Of a stretch of 36,078 nucleotides of DNA, positions 21,561 through 34,730 are shown piece by piece; within the stretch, counting starts at the first letter, position 1; every line of letters begins with the position of its first letter. The notes beneath the pieces were generated by a model that was not told where the DNA came from, did not search any database, and saw only the letters and a list, made by a program, of their open reading frames with translations. The DNA comes from Octopus bimaculoides (Eukaryota), in assembly GCF_001194135.2 (NCBI RefSeq), contig NC_068990.1, positions 20,147,103 through 20,183,180 of the forward strand, written 5' to 3'. Both the position numbers and the translations under genes were made by a program.

Positions 21561-22844
21561 CTTCAGACCAGTATTTGAATAAATTAATGGAACACATTTG
21601 AAATTAATAATGTTCCATAAACGTTAAAGCGCTGCATTAATGACCTCAGTTCATTGCTTAATACTTCAACTAACACAGACGTCTGTAAACTATGTTTTGA
21701 AACAATCTTTCATTTACATAAAAACTATATTTATTTCTTCCTCTTCGGTTATTTCCATTACATAATGGATATGTTCTGTTGTTTTGTTTTAATAAAGCAA
21801 AACACGAGAACATATCCAGTTTGTTTGGTTTTATTAATTTTATTCGTTATACAACTGTATTTATGAGCGCGTGCCTTGAGTCATCATTTACATTTTCATG
21901 GTTATTTTTTTCCGGTGCATTAAGATAGAGTTTGATTGGTCTACTCCAGGAATTCCCAAGCTTTGTCGGGTTGCCACCCTCTTGGCACCCAGGCCACATT
22001 CCTAGCACACGCCTCTACTTACCATTACAAACATAGACCAATTTCTGAGACAAATACAAGAAAACTGTATTTCACAGATACAACATAATCTAAACTATGA
22101 TTTTGGTAAGTTTTGGTAAGGTGACGATTTTGTTTATTTTTATATGTCTGTACCGTACTATACTGATGAGCGAAAGCTAGATTTTATTCTGGTAATCGTG
22201 AAATCGTTCGATATATAGTTGAGTTCATTTTGTTAAAAAGGTTGGGTTCTTTTAGAGTTGCTTTTCCTCGCATTCGGTTAAAAAAATGTGTTTATTTGGG
22301 AAGTCTAGTGTGTGACATTATTCTGTAGTAATGCCCTTATATAAATATAAATGAATAATTATATTCTTGGGAATAAAAAAATGATGGTTTTCCCTTATGA
22401 ATTTTTTACACACTAGCTTCCTGATAAAATTCTTGTAAAAGAGTTTTATCCCATTATGGAATTTATTAATTAAATATATATCCAGAATATATTCAGTGCT
22501 GAATTTTATTCCGTTTTATACAAGTGTACCGAGAGCGACTCAAAAAAATTCCCGCTTTTTGCATAGATGCATAGAGATAAACATTACAAATATTTTCCTC
22601 TTCTAAAAAACCTTATTTTTCTTGGCCTGTCGAATAAAAAGGAAAAGAAATCAGGTTTTGAGATGTAAAAATGCTATTACTAACGATAGCGATTACATTT
22701 TGAATGATTAAATATATTTACGAAATGTGTTATGCAAATTTGAACTCATTGCATGAAATGCAACATTATATTTCGTTACCCCTAATACATTCATTAGACA
22801 TTTGTATAAGGGATCTCACGTATTCTATTCTCTCTCCTATAAAG

Positions 22845-22889
22845 ACTGATGCTGGTTCTCGAAAACAGTGACTTCTTCACTGTTGTGTG
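22845..22889 (+). other. Candidate 45-nt exon (LMLVLENSDFFTVV)
   Basis: Acceptor ttctattctctctcctataaag and consensus donor gtg|gtaagt; one frame is open. Confidence 0.25.
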
Positions 22890-24231
22890 GTAAGTACTAG
22901 CACTAAATTTATTCCATATTGCACACATTCACATAGAATAATCGATATATTTGTAGCCCTCTCACCGACACAGATCGTCACTATTTTTCATATAAACACA
23001 CACTCTTCTTCCAAGTGTGATTCGTTTGATAGCGATATAAAAAATTCCAAGCTAAAAGTTTATCGACAAGTTATTACTCTCCACCTGAACACTTCATTTA
23101 TATCCATATTATTTTCAGGACATTCATAAGGAAATAGATATAGATATAGTCTTACAGTTGTTTCTGGGATATTATGGATATACCTTCATCAGAGATGATG
23201 CGAGATGGTTAAATAGAAGTTTATATTTGAGTTCGAAATAAGGAATTATTATGGAAAAGGAGGAGATAGAGAATATAGAGGGAAATAATAGAATGAAACT
23301 AGAAATAAAAATATAAAATATATAAAGATAGTGTAGTTGCGGTTCGATTATTCGAGGAAAATGGTGTATAGAAGTGGTAAAAATGTTTCCTGTACATAGT
23401 ATATATACACATAAATACATATGATAAAATGTGTACATGTGCGTGCGATTGTGTGGTGTCATATACGTCGATGTGAAATATCTACGAGAAAAATTTGCAG
23501 CGCACGTGAATATCGTTTAATCTAATTCCAGTCATCACACTTGAACTGAGCAAGTTAAACTTCACAACTATCAAAAATAAACCACCATCTTTCAGTACAT
23601 CCAGCTTACAAAACATTAAGCATTTCCGCTTTTATCTCAATTACTTATTCAATAATTTGTCTTTCTGGACTCTCAAGAGGACCTGTGGTTGTTAGGAAAT
23701 CAAAATATTTTATTAACGATCACTAAACAACGCAATAAATAATTCATATATATTTCTCTATCAACCAAAATTTTTTTTTATAATTTTCTTTTGTAGGTGG
23801 TAAAGTATATATGCTGGATAGTTTACGTGTTAGTTAAAGCATAAAACCCGATACATGATGAATGGTATGTAATGTAGGCAGAAATATATAGCCATACAAA
23901 ATCATACAAAAATTAGAGGTAAATGAAATATGTTTAATATATTTATATAGCAACCGATTCTTTTCAGGTCTTAGTCGCTGTAATATCTAGTAAAATGCAT
24001 TCAATTACTTACTCTATGTGATGTAGAAAATGTATTTGGTATATCCATATTGATGCTTTATTTATTTATCTATATAGATTTTCATCTACCAAAACGAGTT
24101 TTTGTCTTTTTTTTCTGAATTAGACGGGGATGGAGGATAAACTCCATGGTTTCCCAGACAGGTGAGAGGAAGAAGAAATATCGCTATCCTTATGTTGTCT
24201 TCAAACTGGGAAACTTATTCACATAAATTCA

Positions 24232-24572
24232 ACAAGCGTAGATATGTGGCAAGAAGTTTGCTTCCCAACCACATGGCTGCCACCTTTGCCCAAACGTCTC
24301 GAGCTCACCAAAGACTTGTGGGTCAAATTGGTAGAGAGAAACTGGATGTTGCGATTCGTTTTTTGTGTGTACGTGTGTCCCCCGCCACCAGTGGACAACC
24401 ATTGCTAGTGTGCTTACGTCCCCGTAACTTAGCGTCTCGGTGAAAGAAACCGATAGAAGAAGTACGAGGCTTAAAAAATAAGTAGTGGTGTCACTTCGTT
24501 CGACTTAATTTCTTCAATGCTGTGCCCCAACATGGCGGCAGTCTAGTGACTAAGACAAGTAAACGAATAAGT
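24232..24572 (+). mobile_element. Degraded SINE family B copy
   Basis: gtggcaagaagtttgcttcccaaccacatgg..accaaagacttgtggg..cttacgtccccgtaacttagcg..gatagaagaagtacgaggct..catggcggcagtc. Confidence 0.75.
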
Positions 24573-26017
24573 AAGAGAATAAGGCTGGAACCTCTAATCA
24601 GAGTATATATGGACCATCTTGTATACCTGAAATACCTTGCCAAAATAGGTGGAGAGTTAGACGAAATACATTTAGGTAACTGAACTAGTTCTTTGTGTTC
24701 TAAGCTTTAAAACAAAATAACAACCGAAATAACCTTTATCGTTTATCCTTCCAGAATTGATGAAAATAAGTACCAGTAGGTATCTATATAAATAAACTAG
24801 TGTAGTAGACATGTTGCATCGTTCAAGCAATTACTGTAGTGTTTTGCTTCGTCTTTTTACGTGTCTTTTAATTTTGTGTACAAATTCCACCGTCGCTTCA
24901 TTTATTCTCTTTATCAAGTCTTTACAGGCCTCTGTCGTCGTAAACTATGTTGCACTTATTCGAGCTAGATATTCGGTTTGGAGATGAATCTCTCCCTCTT
25001 CTCTCTCACCCTCTCCCTCTCTCACCCTCTCCCTCTCTCTCCATTGTCCTTGGGTCAATGCCGCTCCACAAGACTAAACAAAAGAAGGGAAGATGTAAGC
25101 CACATTTAAATATTATCAAATTATTGATATTCTAATTAAGATATAAACTGTACTTAATGTTCAGTATACGGACCCGATTTGTTATGTAAACTGAAGTAAA
25201 GAAATTCAAGTATAGTAAGAATTTGAATTCATGACCATTATGTTTGTAGTGAATAATTTCAATAACACACCGATCGAATAATCCACGAATGATGACGATG
25301 TTTTCCAGGAACAAAATATAAAATGTGTCCAGTTTTGAACTTATAACGATGCAGTCATTGCACTGCTATATCATTACTCAAATACATGACATGTACTGAA
25401 ATACAATACTGAATGTTAAACGGTTTAATTACGAACCAAGTTTTAAAATGGTGATTCTGAAGTAATTTTTGTAGTAGCTTTAGCATTAAGTATACTGTAG
25501 CTCTCATTATACTGCGCATAGTTACCCATCGTAAACACATATTATCATATTGAATCTAAGACTTGTGTCGTTGGTTATAAGTGCGCCCTCTTCGTTATTC
25601 CGAGACAGAAGGAATAAATCGCAAATGGCACTTTGGATAATAGTGTAAAGAAAAGAATATATATGAGATTTGCTAACATAAAAAGAATCACCACCATTCT
25701 CCCAATCTTTCTCTCTACTTTGGCTCATTGGTCATTAGGTCTTTTAATTTATTTATTTATCAATTTATTTTTTTAGTCGCTGGCAATTTTGTATCTTGAA
25801 TAGAAATTGAGTCAATTGTAATTTCATGGCGTATGTTATTATTTTCATGATAATAATGGTATTATATATTCTTAGAAACTCTTTGCTACAATACACACAC
25901 ACAGGCACATGCTCGCTCGCACGCATATATGTGGATGTACATACCTATATTTACACGCACACACACACACACACACACAGACACACACACATATATTATA
26001 TATATATATGTGCGTGT

Positions 26018-26051
<34 letters not shown>

Positions 26052-26816
26052 NNNNNNNNNNNNNNNNNNNNNNNNNNNNNNNNNNNNNNNNNNNNNNNNN
26101 NNNNNNNNNNATATATATATATACATATATATATATACACACATACATAATACATATATATATACATATATATATACATACACACATATATATATATATA
26201 CACACACACACATATATATAATACAGATACACACATACATACATACATATTATTGTATTTAATTCTACTGAGATCATGTGCTCTTTTCTTTCTCCTTTTT
26301 ATAACCTCTTTGTGTTTTCTCCAAATGTGATTGTCTTGGAATTTTAGTAGAGGAATAATAGTAAAATACTGACACGATGGCTACAATAAAAGTCAACGAA
26401 ATGAATAGTTTTCCCATTTTGTCCCTCCCTCCCTTCCATTATTTTATCTTTCAACCACTTTCTTTTTTTTTTCTAGCTGATCATGTGACTAATGGGGGAA
26501 AACCATTACACACGTAAAACAAAGACGACAGTGATTTGTTTTTAGTATTTTCGGTTGTATCGATAAAATTTGTTCAACTATAAATAAGTAGAGATAACTA
26601 AGTACATACAGTGATCAGAAAAAAATGTAAGAGGCGTACGTTTGAAGGAAACTGTCATACCACCATGACGTTTGTTTGTTTCATGTCGGCAATGTCTGTG
26701 CAGTGTTTTAGGTCAAATACGGCTTCCACAACACCTCATAGACCTTCTCCACTTCATTGACATTATCCAGTGACAAGCCAGAGCAAGATGCCTGGTGCCA
26801 ATATGAATTCGCAGGC

Positions 26817-26857
26817 TAAGGGTTAGGGTTAGGGTTAGGGTTAGGGTTAGGGTTAGG
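26817..26857 (+). repeat. Interstitial telomeric repeat: TAAGGG(TTAGGG)5TTAGG
   Basis: Read directly at 26817-26857. TTAGGG is the usual metazoan telomere unit. Confidence 0.9.
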
Positions 26858-27957
26858 CGAGAGTGCTATGATCTCTAGCACAAACCAAAGATCCCCAAAA
26901 TGCCCAATATCATTCCTTGGATATCTGGTTTTATATCAGAGTGACCTTCTCCGAGAGACATGCTTCAACAGAAGCTGGGGAGGTGTCTCACTCCCATTGA
27001 TCTTTCAGCACGTTGGACACCATCTCGGAATTTCTGCGTACCCGTGTTATTGCTAGATTACCGTTGAACCTGCACTAGGTTCATCCGACCTTTCAGCAGG
27101 TCTTGTGTTTAATCCTGCTGGGTTTCTAGCAACCGTCTTCGCTAGGATAGCCTGGTGGGGGTGCCAGTTTAGTCACCGGCAATACGACGCTGCAAAAGGT
27201 TGTACATGATAACAGTAGCACTATAAACATTTTCGAAATAGCAGCTGAATCAGGATTAAATCATTCATTAAATCATATACCGAAAAATATGCGAGCTTAA
27301 ATTTGATGAGCGATTCCTTTATATCTTTTAGACGTAAAAATCGAAGTAACGATGTCCCCGAAGCAAGTTTCCTCGATTGATATCGTGAACAGTACTGAGT
27401 TGAGATAAAATGAAATAGCTGATGTTTTGATGCTGCTGGTGTCGTTCATTTCATGAGGGAAATTATTACATTATAATTATGATCTCCTTTATATTCGGTC
27501 GCATAATGATGTTATTAGTGATTATGATGATAACGACATTTTCCGCAAAATATAAACAAATAGTAGATGCCTCTTCTCTTGCCAATCTTTTACTGTTTGA
27601 CTTTAAAATCAATACATTATGTGCATGGTCTTCTTCGTTATATTTTTCCATGTTGCTTGTCATAATATCACCAGGTGATATACACAATGGTTGCTTGGGC
27701 ATCAAGAGAGATACCTTAATAACATGGTACAAATATGGCTTAGCTTGCAGATACTTTGAAGTCATTGCCCACAACATCCTGGTTTAAGAATAAAATTTGT
27801 ATAGAGGGACCTGTTCAGTTTAATATAACATTGTTTTATAATTACATATCAAAACGAACAATAACACATATACGTACATATATATCAAGCATGCATGCAT
27901 ATATGCATACTTACATATATACATAAATATACACACACACACACGCACACACACACA

Positions 27958-28037
<80 letters not shown>

Positions 28038-28516
28038 NNNNNNNNNNNNNNNNNNNNNNNNNNNNNNNNNNNNNNNNNNNNNNNNNNNNNNNNNNNNNNN
28101 NNNNNNNNNNNNNNNNNNNNNNNNNNNNNNNNNNNNNNNNNNNNNNTATAAGTGTGTGTGTATGCATGAAAGTATTTATATATATATATATCAAGTATAT
28201 ATGTAAGCATGCATGTATGTATGCATGTATGACGCTTCTATTTCTTAATTATTATAAATCCTCCACTGAGGATGGAGCGGGTTTCCAACAATGATACAAG
28301 GCTTCATCTTTGGGATGTAGTTAACACAGATAAATTCATATTTGAGTCTTGAGAAAGGCCTAGCATAGTTTTATTGTTCCAGTCACAGTTTCTATGTTTA
28401 ATGTACGAATCAGCCAGTCAATTTCTTATGAATTCATAGTCTGGATATAGAAACTGGAGGTTTCAAAGCAGTTATTAGCTGTAACAGAAACGATTATCTG
28501 CCCATGTGTATTCAGA

Positions 28517-28705
28517 TAGATAGATAGGCAGACAGACAGACAGGCAGGCAGACAGCAGATAGATAGATAGACAGAGAGGCCGATAGATAGATATATAGAC
28601 AAATAGATAGATATATAAATACATAGATAATAGGCAGACAGGCAGAGAGACAGACAGTCAAATAGACAGACAGACAGACAGATAGATAGGTAGATATATA
28701 GGTAG
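28517..28705. repeat. (GATA)n/(GACA)n tetranucleotide tract
   Basis: Seen directly. Confidence 0.9.
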
Positions 28706-29116
28706 GCTCGCGTCTAAAATATTTATATGTACAAGTATAAATGAAGGGTATGCGACATCACTCTTCGTAAATATCTCCATCGGGTCGCTCATTAAAATCG
28801 TTTTCTATTAAAAATAATAATATTGTCTGATGAGATAGCAAGATAAATTCATAATAAATGATATGTCCCATGATAAATTCTTTTAAATATATATTTCTTT
28901 GATATCAGCCTAATAATATTTATATAAATTTTATATTTCTATATTTGATTTGTTTGTACAAGCCATCGTTGCCATAGTGATTGCTTGACAATATTGATAA
29001 TTAAAACCGGCGATATCCAACAAAAAGACAAACAAAATAGAAAGAAAATTTCATTTTCACTAAACATAAAATAATTACTTATTTGTCGCGTAAACTATAC
29101 ACACACACACACACAT

Positions 29117-29178
<62 letters not shown>

Positions 29179-32100
29179 NNNNNNNNNNNNNNNNNNNNNA
29201 TATATATATATATATATATATATATAACATTTTGATTGCTGTTGTTGTTGTTGTATGTGATTAGCAAAGTGTACAGAACAGAAAATGAAAGTGGAAGAAA
29301 AATATATATATAAAAAATATAATAAATAAATAAATATAAACTGTAAAAAAAGTATATCATTGTGATTGTTTTCTTTCAATATCTCCATATACATTACACA
29401 CACATACACATACATACCGGCATATGCAAACACACACATACGTACAAACATATTCATACACACATACACATACATACAAACATATACATACATACTCACA
29501 CACATAAATACAAATATATACATACACCTACATACAAACATTACATACACTCACAAAAACACATACAAACGACAGGCATGCACACACACGTATCTATCTA
29601 TCTATATATATAAATATATATATATATTCATGTGCCAGGTAGATATATATAATGTTTGTTTTATGATTATATATTCGTCTGGAAAGTTAGATTAAGTGTA
29701 TCTTGGTATTAAGAGCTTGCCCTCTACAGAGAATGGTAGAAATGTTTTTTTTTTTTTTTTTCTGGCGAATAAATACCTATGCATCTCTTATTTAGCGAAC
29801 CAATTCATTCGCCTCTTTCATGCTCTTCTCTTGTGGAATTCCACGTATCAGCTGTAACAGACACAATTATCTGCCCATGTGTATTCATTTCTCTACCTTC
29901 AATAATTACTAACAAATGATATTTTCCCATTTCCGATATTTGGGGTCAATTACAAAATTATATTAGGTAAATATACCAATTGCTTGTATTTTACAAATAG
30001 TAGGTACGTCTCAGTTCTTTCAATTGTAAGGCAGCAGCTTCCCAGAAAATATCTTATAGATGGTGTATGTAACTGTACACATATATATGGAGCACCAAAG
30101 TTCCTATGTGGTACTCTTGAAGTTTTTAAAGATATCTTTCCTCACATAAAACAATTGGTAACATTGCTTACCTAGAAATAAGAATATTTATCAGTGAATG
30201 TGGTCTTAGGCACTCATTCTAACTGATCGATATGTGTGTGTATGTATGTGTATATATGGTACCCGATTAAAAGAAGTATTAGAAAAGGATACAAGCTTAT
30301 TTTCTCGGTTAGATAGAAGCCCAGGGAAATCCATGAGCGACTCATCAAGTTTTTATAGCGTGTTAAAACTCCTTGTGTGACCAATTGGTGTAAATAAAAC
30401 GCTAAATAATTTGTGCATTGCTAATGCTTTAGAGGGAGCCACAACTCAGCTTTCAGACAGTTATTTCTGCATTTGGTAACCTTTAACTACTTCCGTTAAA
30501 AAAAAAGACACACGAAATCCGTTACGCCGAATTAGACGCTGTGTATTCAGTTGTATCACATAATGAACCACGTCCGGTTCTTCTTCCGCTTCAAAATAGG
30601 CTCCTCAAATGCATTCAATAAATGTGAAGTAGGTATTGGTTACACCGTAAATTCGAATGCTTTTGCTGATCATTCGTGAGGTTCAATGTATTGAACAAAT
30701 TCTATTGATGCAATGGTATTTCATGTGGGTGCTTTTAGATCTCTTAAAATATATGATGGATCTCCTTCGCTCTTATTTGAAAGAAAATCACTAACTTGAA
30801 ATCAAATTACGTTTTTTCCTAAAGAAAACAGTTTTTGATAATAACAGTATTGATGCTCCTCTCTGTAGTCAGCAGTAGAGTAATGGGATTTTGCAAGGAC
30901 AATTGAGAGATATTTTGAACATGAATGACACCATTGTTATGGATGTCACTTTACTTTTCTGAAAAGAAATTTAAAACCACCAATCACTGTTTCGCATTCA
31001 ATGCATTTCAAAGAACCTTAAGTAAGCGCAGAAATCCCCTTTAATGCAGGTGAATATGACGATCAGCAACTGAAGTTTTGTGAGAAGCTTACTGCGGGTG
31101 CTTTGTTAATTGTTAATAGACATGAAAGAGGGATTCTCCAAGCTCATCTGATTTCTTTAGCCGAAGGATGATCGCGCTATTACAGAGCATTATATTAGAA
31201 GACAGTTACTAAATAAAGGGTCTTTATAAGTTTTTGGAAGATATATCATTCGTTTAGTTACTTAAAATGAACCAAAGAAAAGACTTGAATCACCAATAAA
31301 TATTGAACTTTGTTGAATGGATATCTTTGTTAAACACCGCTTAATATCTTGAAGAGGATATTTATGTTCCCTTGGAAGTGTTTCCAAAATTAAATGCTGA
31401 ACTTAAGCATTTTATGAGAACTGAAACCCATGAAAAATGAGAAGATAACTTTCAGAGAAATATTCACAACAGCTGAGCAATAAGCTGTGTATGATTTTAC
31501 ACAGCTCTCTGCAATCATGTTAAGAGAGTAGAGGTCTACTACTCGCTGAAATGGAATTACATCATTAACACTTTAAAGAACAAATGTTACCACACGATTC
31601 CTAAATTACATGTTTTATACGTGCGTGATTTCTTTGTTTTGTTCTAGAAGAAAAAAACAGCAACGTGCAATTAAAAATTAAATAGAGACAGGATGACGGA
31701 CAAAACCCATGACGTTCATTCTAAAATCGTTTTAAATGTTCAAAATATCTTTTCATGGGTTTCTCATAAACATGTGTTAATGTTCATCATATCTTGCATT
31801 AAGTAAAATATTATGTGAATATCTAATCAAATTGCTACAGATATTAAGTATGAATATATTTCTAATTGCTTCCTGCATTAAGCCATTTAGTATTCGTAAT
31901 TTTCTTTACTATATTATGCTCCTCTCATAAAGACCCTTCTGTTAGTCTTTAACAACCTTTCAAATGCTCATCAACCTCTGACTCAGATTTCGCTGTATTC
32001 GTCACCATATCTTTTAATTTTACATCGATATGTAGACTTAAAACTGCTTTAGTGAAACCGCTTATGTGTTGATGAAAATAAAGTCCATATAATATATAAA

Positions 32101-34026
32101 GGTTGTTTCCTCATGTGTCTGAAATAATGTCAGCTGTATTAATTGCTTATGACTGGTGGCAAGCCCAACATCTGCAAGGGTATTCAGTGAAGTAAACCGT
32201 CTTCTGTTTGCAATACCATTTTAACTGATAACATGCGCTTTTTCAATCCAGTTTACTGAAGCAATTCATTCCAGAAGACAGTAATTTATCGATTAAATAT
32301 TTGGAGTTAGTGAAGGCTTTGAATGAATTCATTTCTTTGGATCTGTTTTATCGTCTGCTCATTTTCTATGCTCACCATATGCCTTTTGTACATTAAACTT
32401 CTCTGAGAGGAACTTCTTACTTTCACTATGACTAATGTTTTTAATGCGTATTGGTACTGATTTGTCTGAAAATAGTTTGGGTTAATATTTCTATTTAAAA
32501 AAAGGCTGCAATTATGACCTCTCAATATCTCAAATTGCCTGGAGGTTTCAGTTTCATGAGCAAATGTTGAACTATCAACATTCATTACGACCATACCACG
32601 GAATTGCAGGGTTTGTTTTACGTTGAAGACTAATAACGCTCACAACCTGCCGGGGTCAATTTATATCTTAGCGTTGCCATTATTGAATTTCACGTGGATC
32701 CTTATAGTGATTATAATGGCAATTTCTTTAAATGACTCCAAATTTTTGTATTCTTTATTTCCTCAGATACTTCTTTTAAGTTACACAACTTCTTAAAATG
32801 ATTAGCATTCTCACAATAGTATGATTTTACTAAAAGCTGAATATTTTCATGTTACACAATCAGTTTTATACTTGTTTCATCAAGACACTTCGGTATCATC
32901 AAATTCATTCTTTTATTTACGCGTACATTTTTAATCATCTAAAAGTTAGAAAACATTTCAATCTTTTAAGCTAATTCAATGCATTCGGATAATCTGATTG
33001 AAGTTATTCTGTTTTCTGTAACATTACTCACATTGTTACATTGTATTAAATCATGTTCTCTTCAACTCTCTGTCTTTCAATTCCCATTTTAATTAAATCT
33101 ACAAAACTAGTTGTCGCGTAATCTCGGAGATAAAGGTGAATAGAATCAATCAGATTTCGATGTGAAGCTTTTCATACATTCATAAAATACCCAAATACGT
33201 CTAAGAGAAACCGATGACATGAGTGCAGATCATACTCTACTGAATTTCGTTGTTTAATTTTCATGGTTTTCAGTATTATCGATATTTCTTGTGCAACCAT
33301 CACACTTGCTTTAGATTGTTATTTATTTATTTAACATTAGAGCTGCGTTCTTTTCTGAAATCATCAGTATTTAAGTAAGACCATGAAGCCACGGCCGAAC
33401 CTGAGTCACCGTGTTCGTTGTCATTAAACTGTAATGTCACTATGGTATGGAATAAAGTTTATTAAAATAAATACGTGTTCATAGTCAATTTCTTACTTTC
33501 ATAAGCTTCAGTCACCAGAATGGTTAACCAGTTGCACTGAACTAGAAGCCTTCTCAGATAAATACAAATTATGCCCAGGTACAAAATACGTATCGATGAT
33601 TTTAACAATAGCATCATCCAGAGCATATTTTCTGTCGCTAATGAAAAGTGCAACGTGCACCAAATATATTTAAGTGGAGATGCTTATATAGCGATCAACA
33701 CAATCATTCAGCACAATTGTGTAAAGACAAGCTAGAACAACTCATCTATGATCGAGCTTTTCTTTTGTGGTTTCTAGCAACTTTTCAGATACTAGGAATA
33801 GCAACGCAAGTTCCCAAATATCTTCGAACATCTTAAAAACAGAAATCATACACTACTTAATATGATATCGTTCAGTCCCCCACTAAAACGTATGGAGCGT
33901 AATGTGGGTTTCCCAGTCTTTCCTTCAATTGAGCACCATTCCGTCGCAGAATTGCTCATGTTTACCACGAGAGTGGACTAGAGCAACGCGAAATGAAGCG
34001 ATTTGCTCAAGAACAAAATGCATCGC

Positions 34027-34027
<1 letters not shown>

Positions 34028-34057
<30 letters not shown>

Positions 34058-34115
34058 CTTCTTCTTCTTCTTCTTCTTCTTCTTCTTCTTCTTCTCATTC
34101 TTCTTNNNNNNNNNN

Positions 34116-34151
<36 letters not shown>
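34028..34151. repeat. (CTT)n and (ATT)n microsatellites either side of a 10-N gap
   Basis: Seen directly; explains the poly-L/R/F/S ORFs. Confidence 0.95.
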
Positions 34152-34152
<1 letters not shown>

Positions 34153-34509
34153 GCGTGCTTTCACTTCACTACCGAGCGCAGATTCTTCTCTTTCGCCTTC
34201 TTCTATTCGTTTTCCTCGCCATCCTTCCTTTTATCCCTCCTATCATTATATGTATCCACCCCCTTATTCCCCCAACACAATTTTTTTCCGTTTTATTTCC
34301 TCCCGATACTTTCATAACAACAAGGTCTGATAGACGCCGCACAATGTAATGGCATCACTGATCAGCAAAATTAGAAATATAATATTTCTAAATCTCTCAG
34401 AGANNNNNNNNNNNNNNNNNNNNNNNNNNNNNNNNNNNNNNNNNNNNNNNNNNNNNNNNNNNNNNNNNNNNNNNNNNNNNNNNNNNNNNNNNNNNNNNNN
34501 NNNTATATG

Positions 34510-34730
34510 CATTAGTGTGTCCGTGTTTCTCCCCACACGATCGCTTGACAAGTGCTATTGGTATGTTTACGTCCCCGTAATTTAGCAGTTCGGCCGAAGT
34601 TAACGATAGCATAAGTACGAGGGTTAGGACTAGGGTGACAAAGAATAAGTCCCAGGGTCAATTTATTCGACTGCAGGCGGTGATCCAGCATGGCCGCACT
34701 CAAACGACTGAAACAAGTAAAAGAATAAAA
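34510..34730 (+). mobile_element. 3' portion of a SINE family B copy
   Basis: cgcttgacaa..ggtatgtttacgtccccgtaatttagcagttcggc..aagtacgagg..ccagcatggccgca..gactgaaacaagtaaaagaataaa. Confidence 0.75.

Noticed and set aside
27466-27787. Overlapping 102-103 aa ORFs on both strands, with a minus-strand acceptor near 27780
   Set aside because: No recognisable domain and no clear donor, and part of it is ATC/ATT low-complexity sequence.
34621-34635. gggttaggactaggg inside a SINE copy, resembling telomeric repeat
   Set aside because: Too short and imperfect to distinguish from chance.
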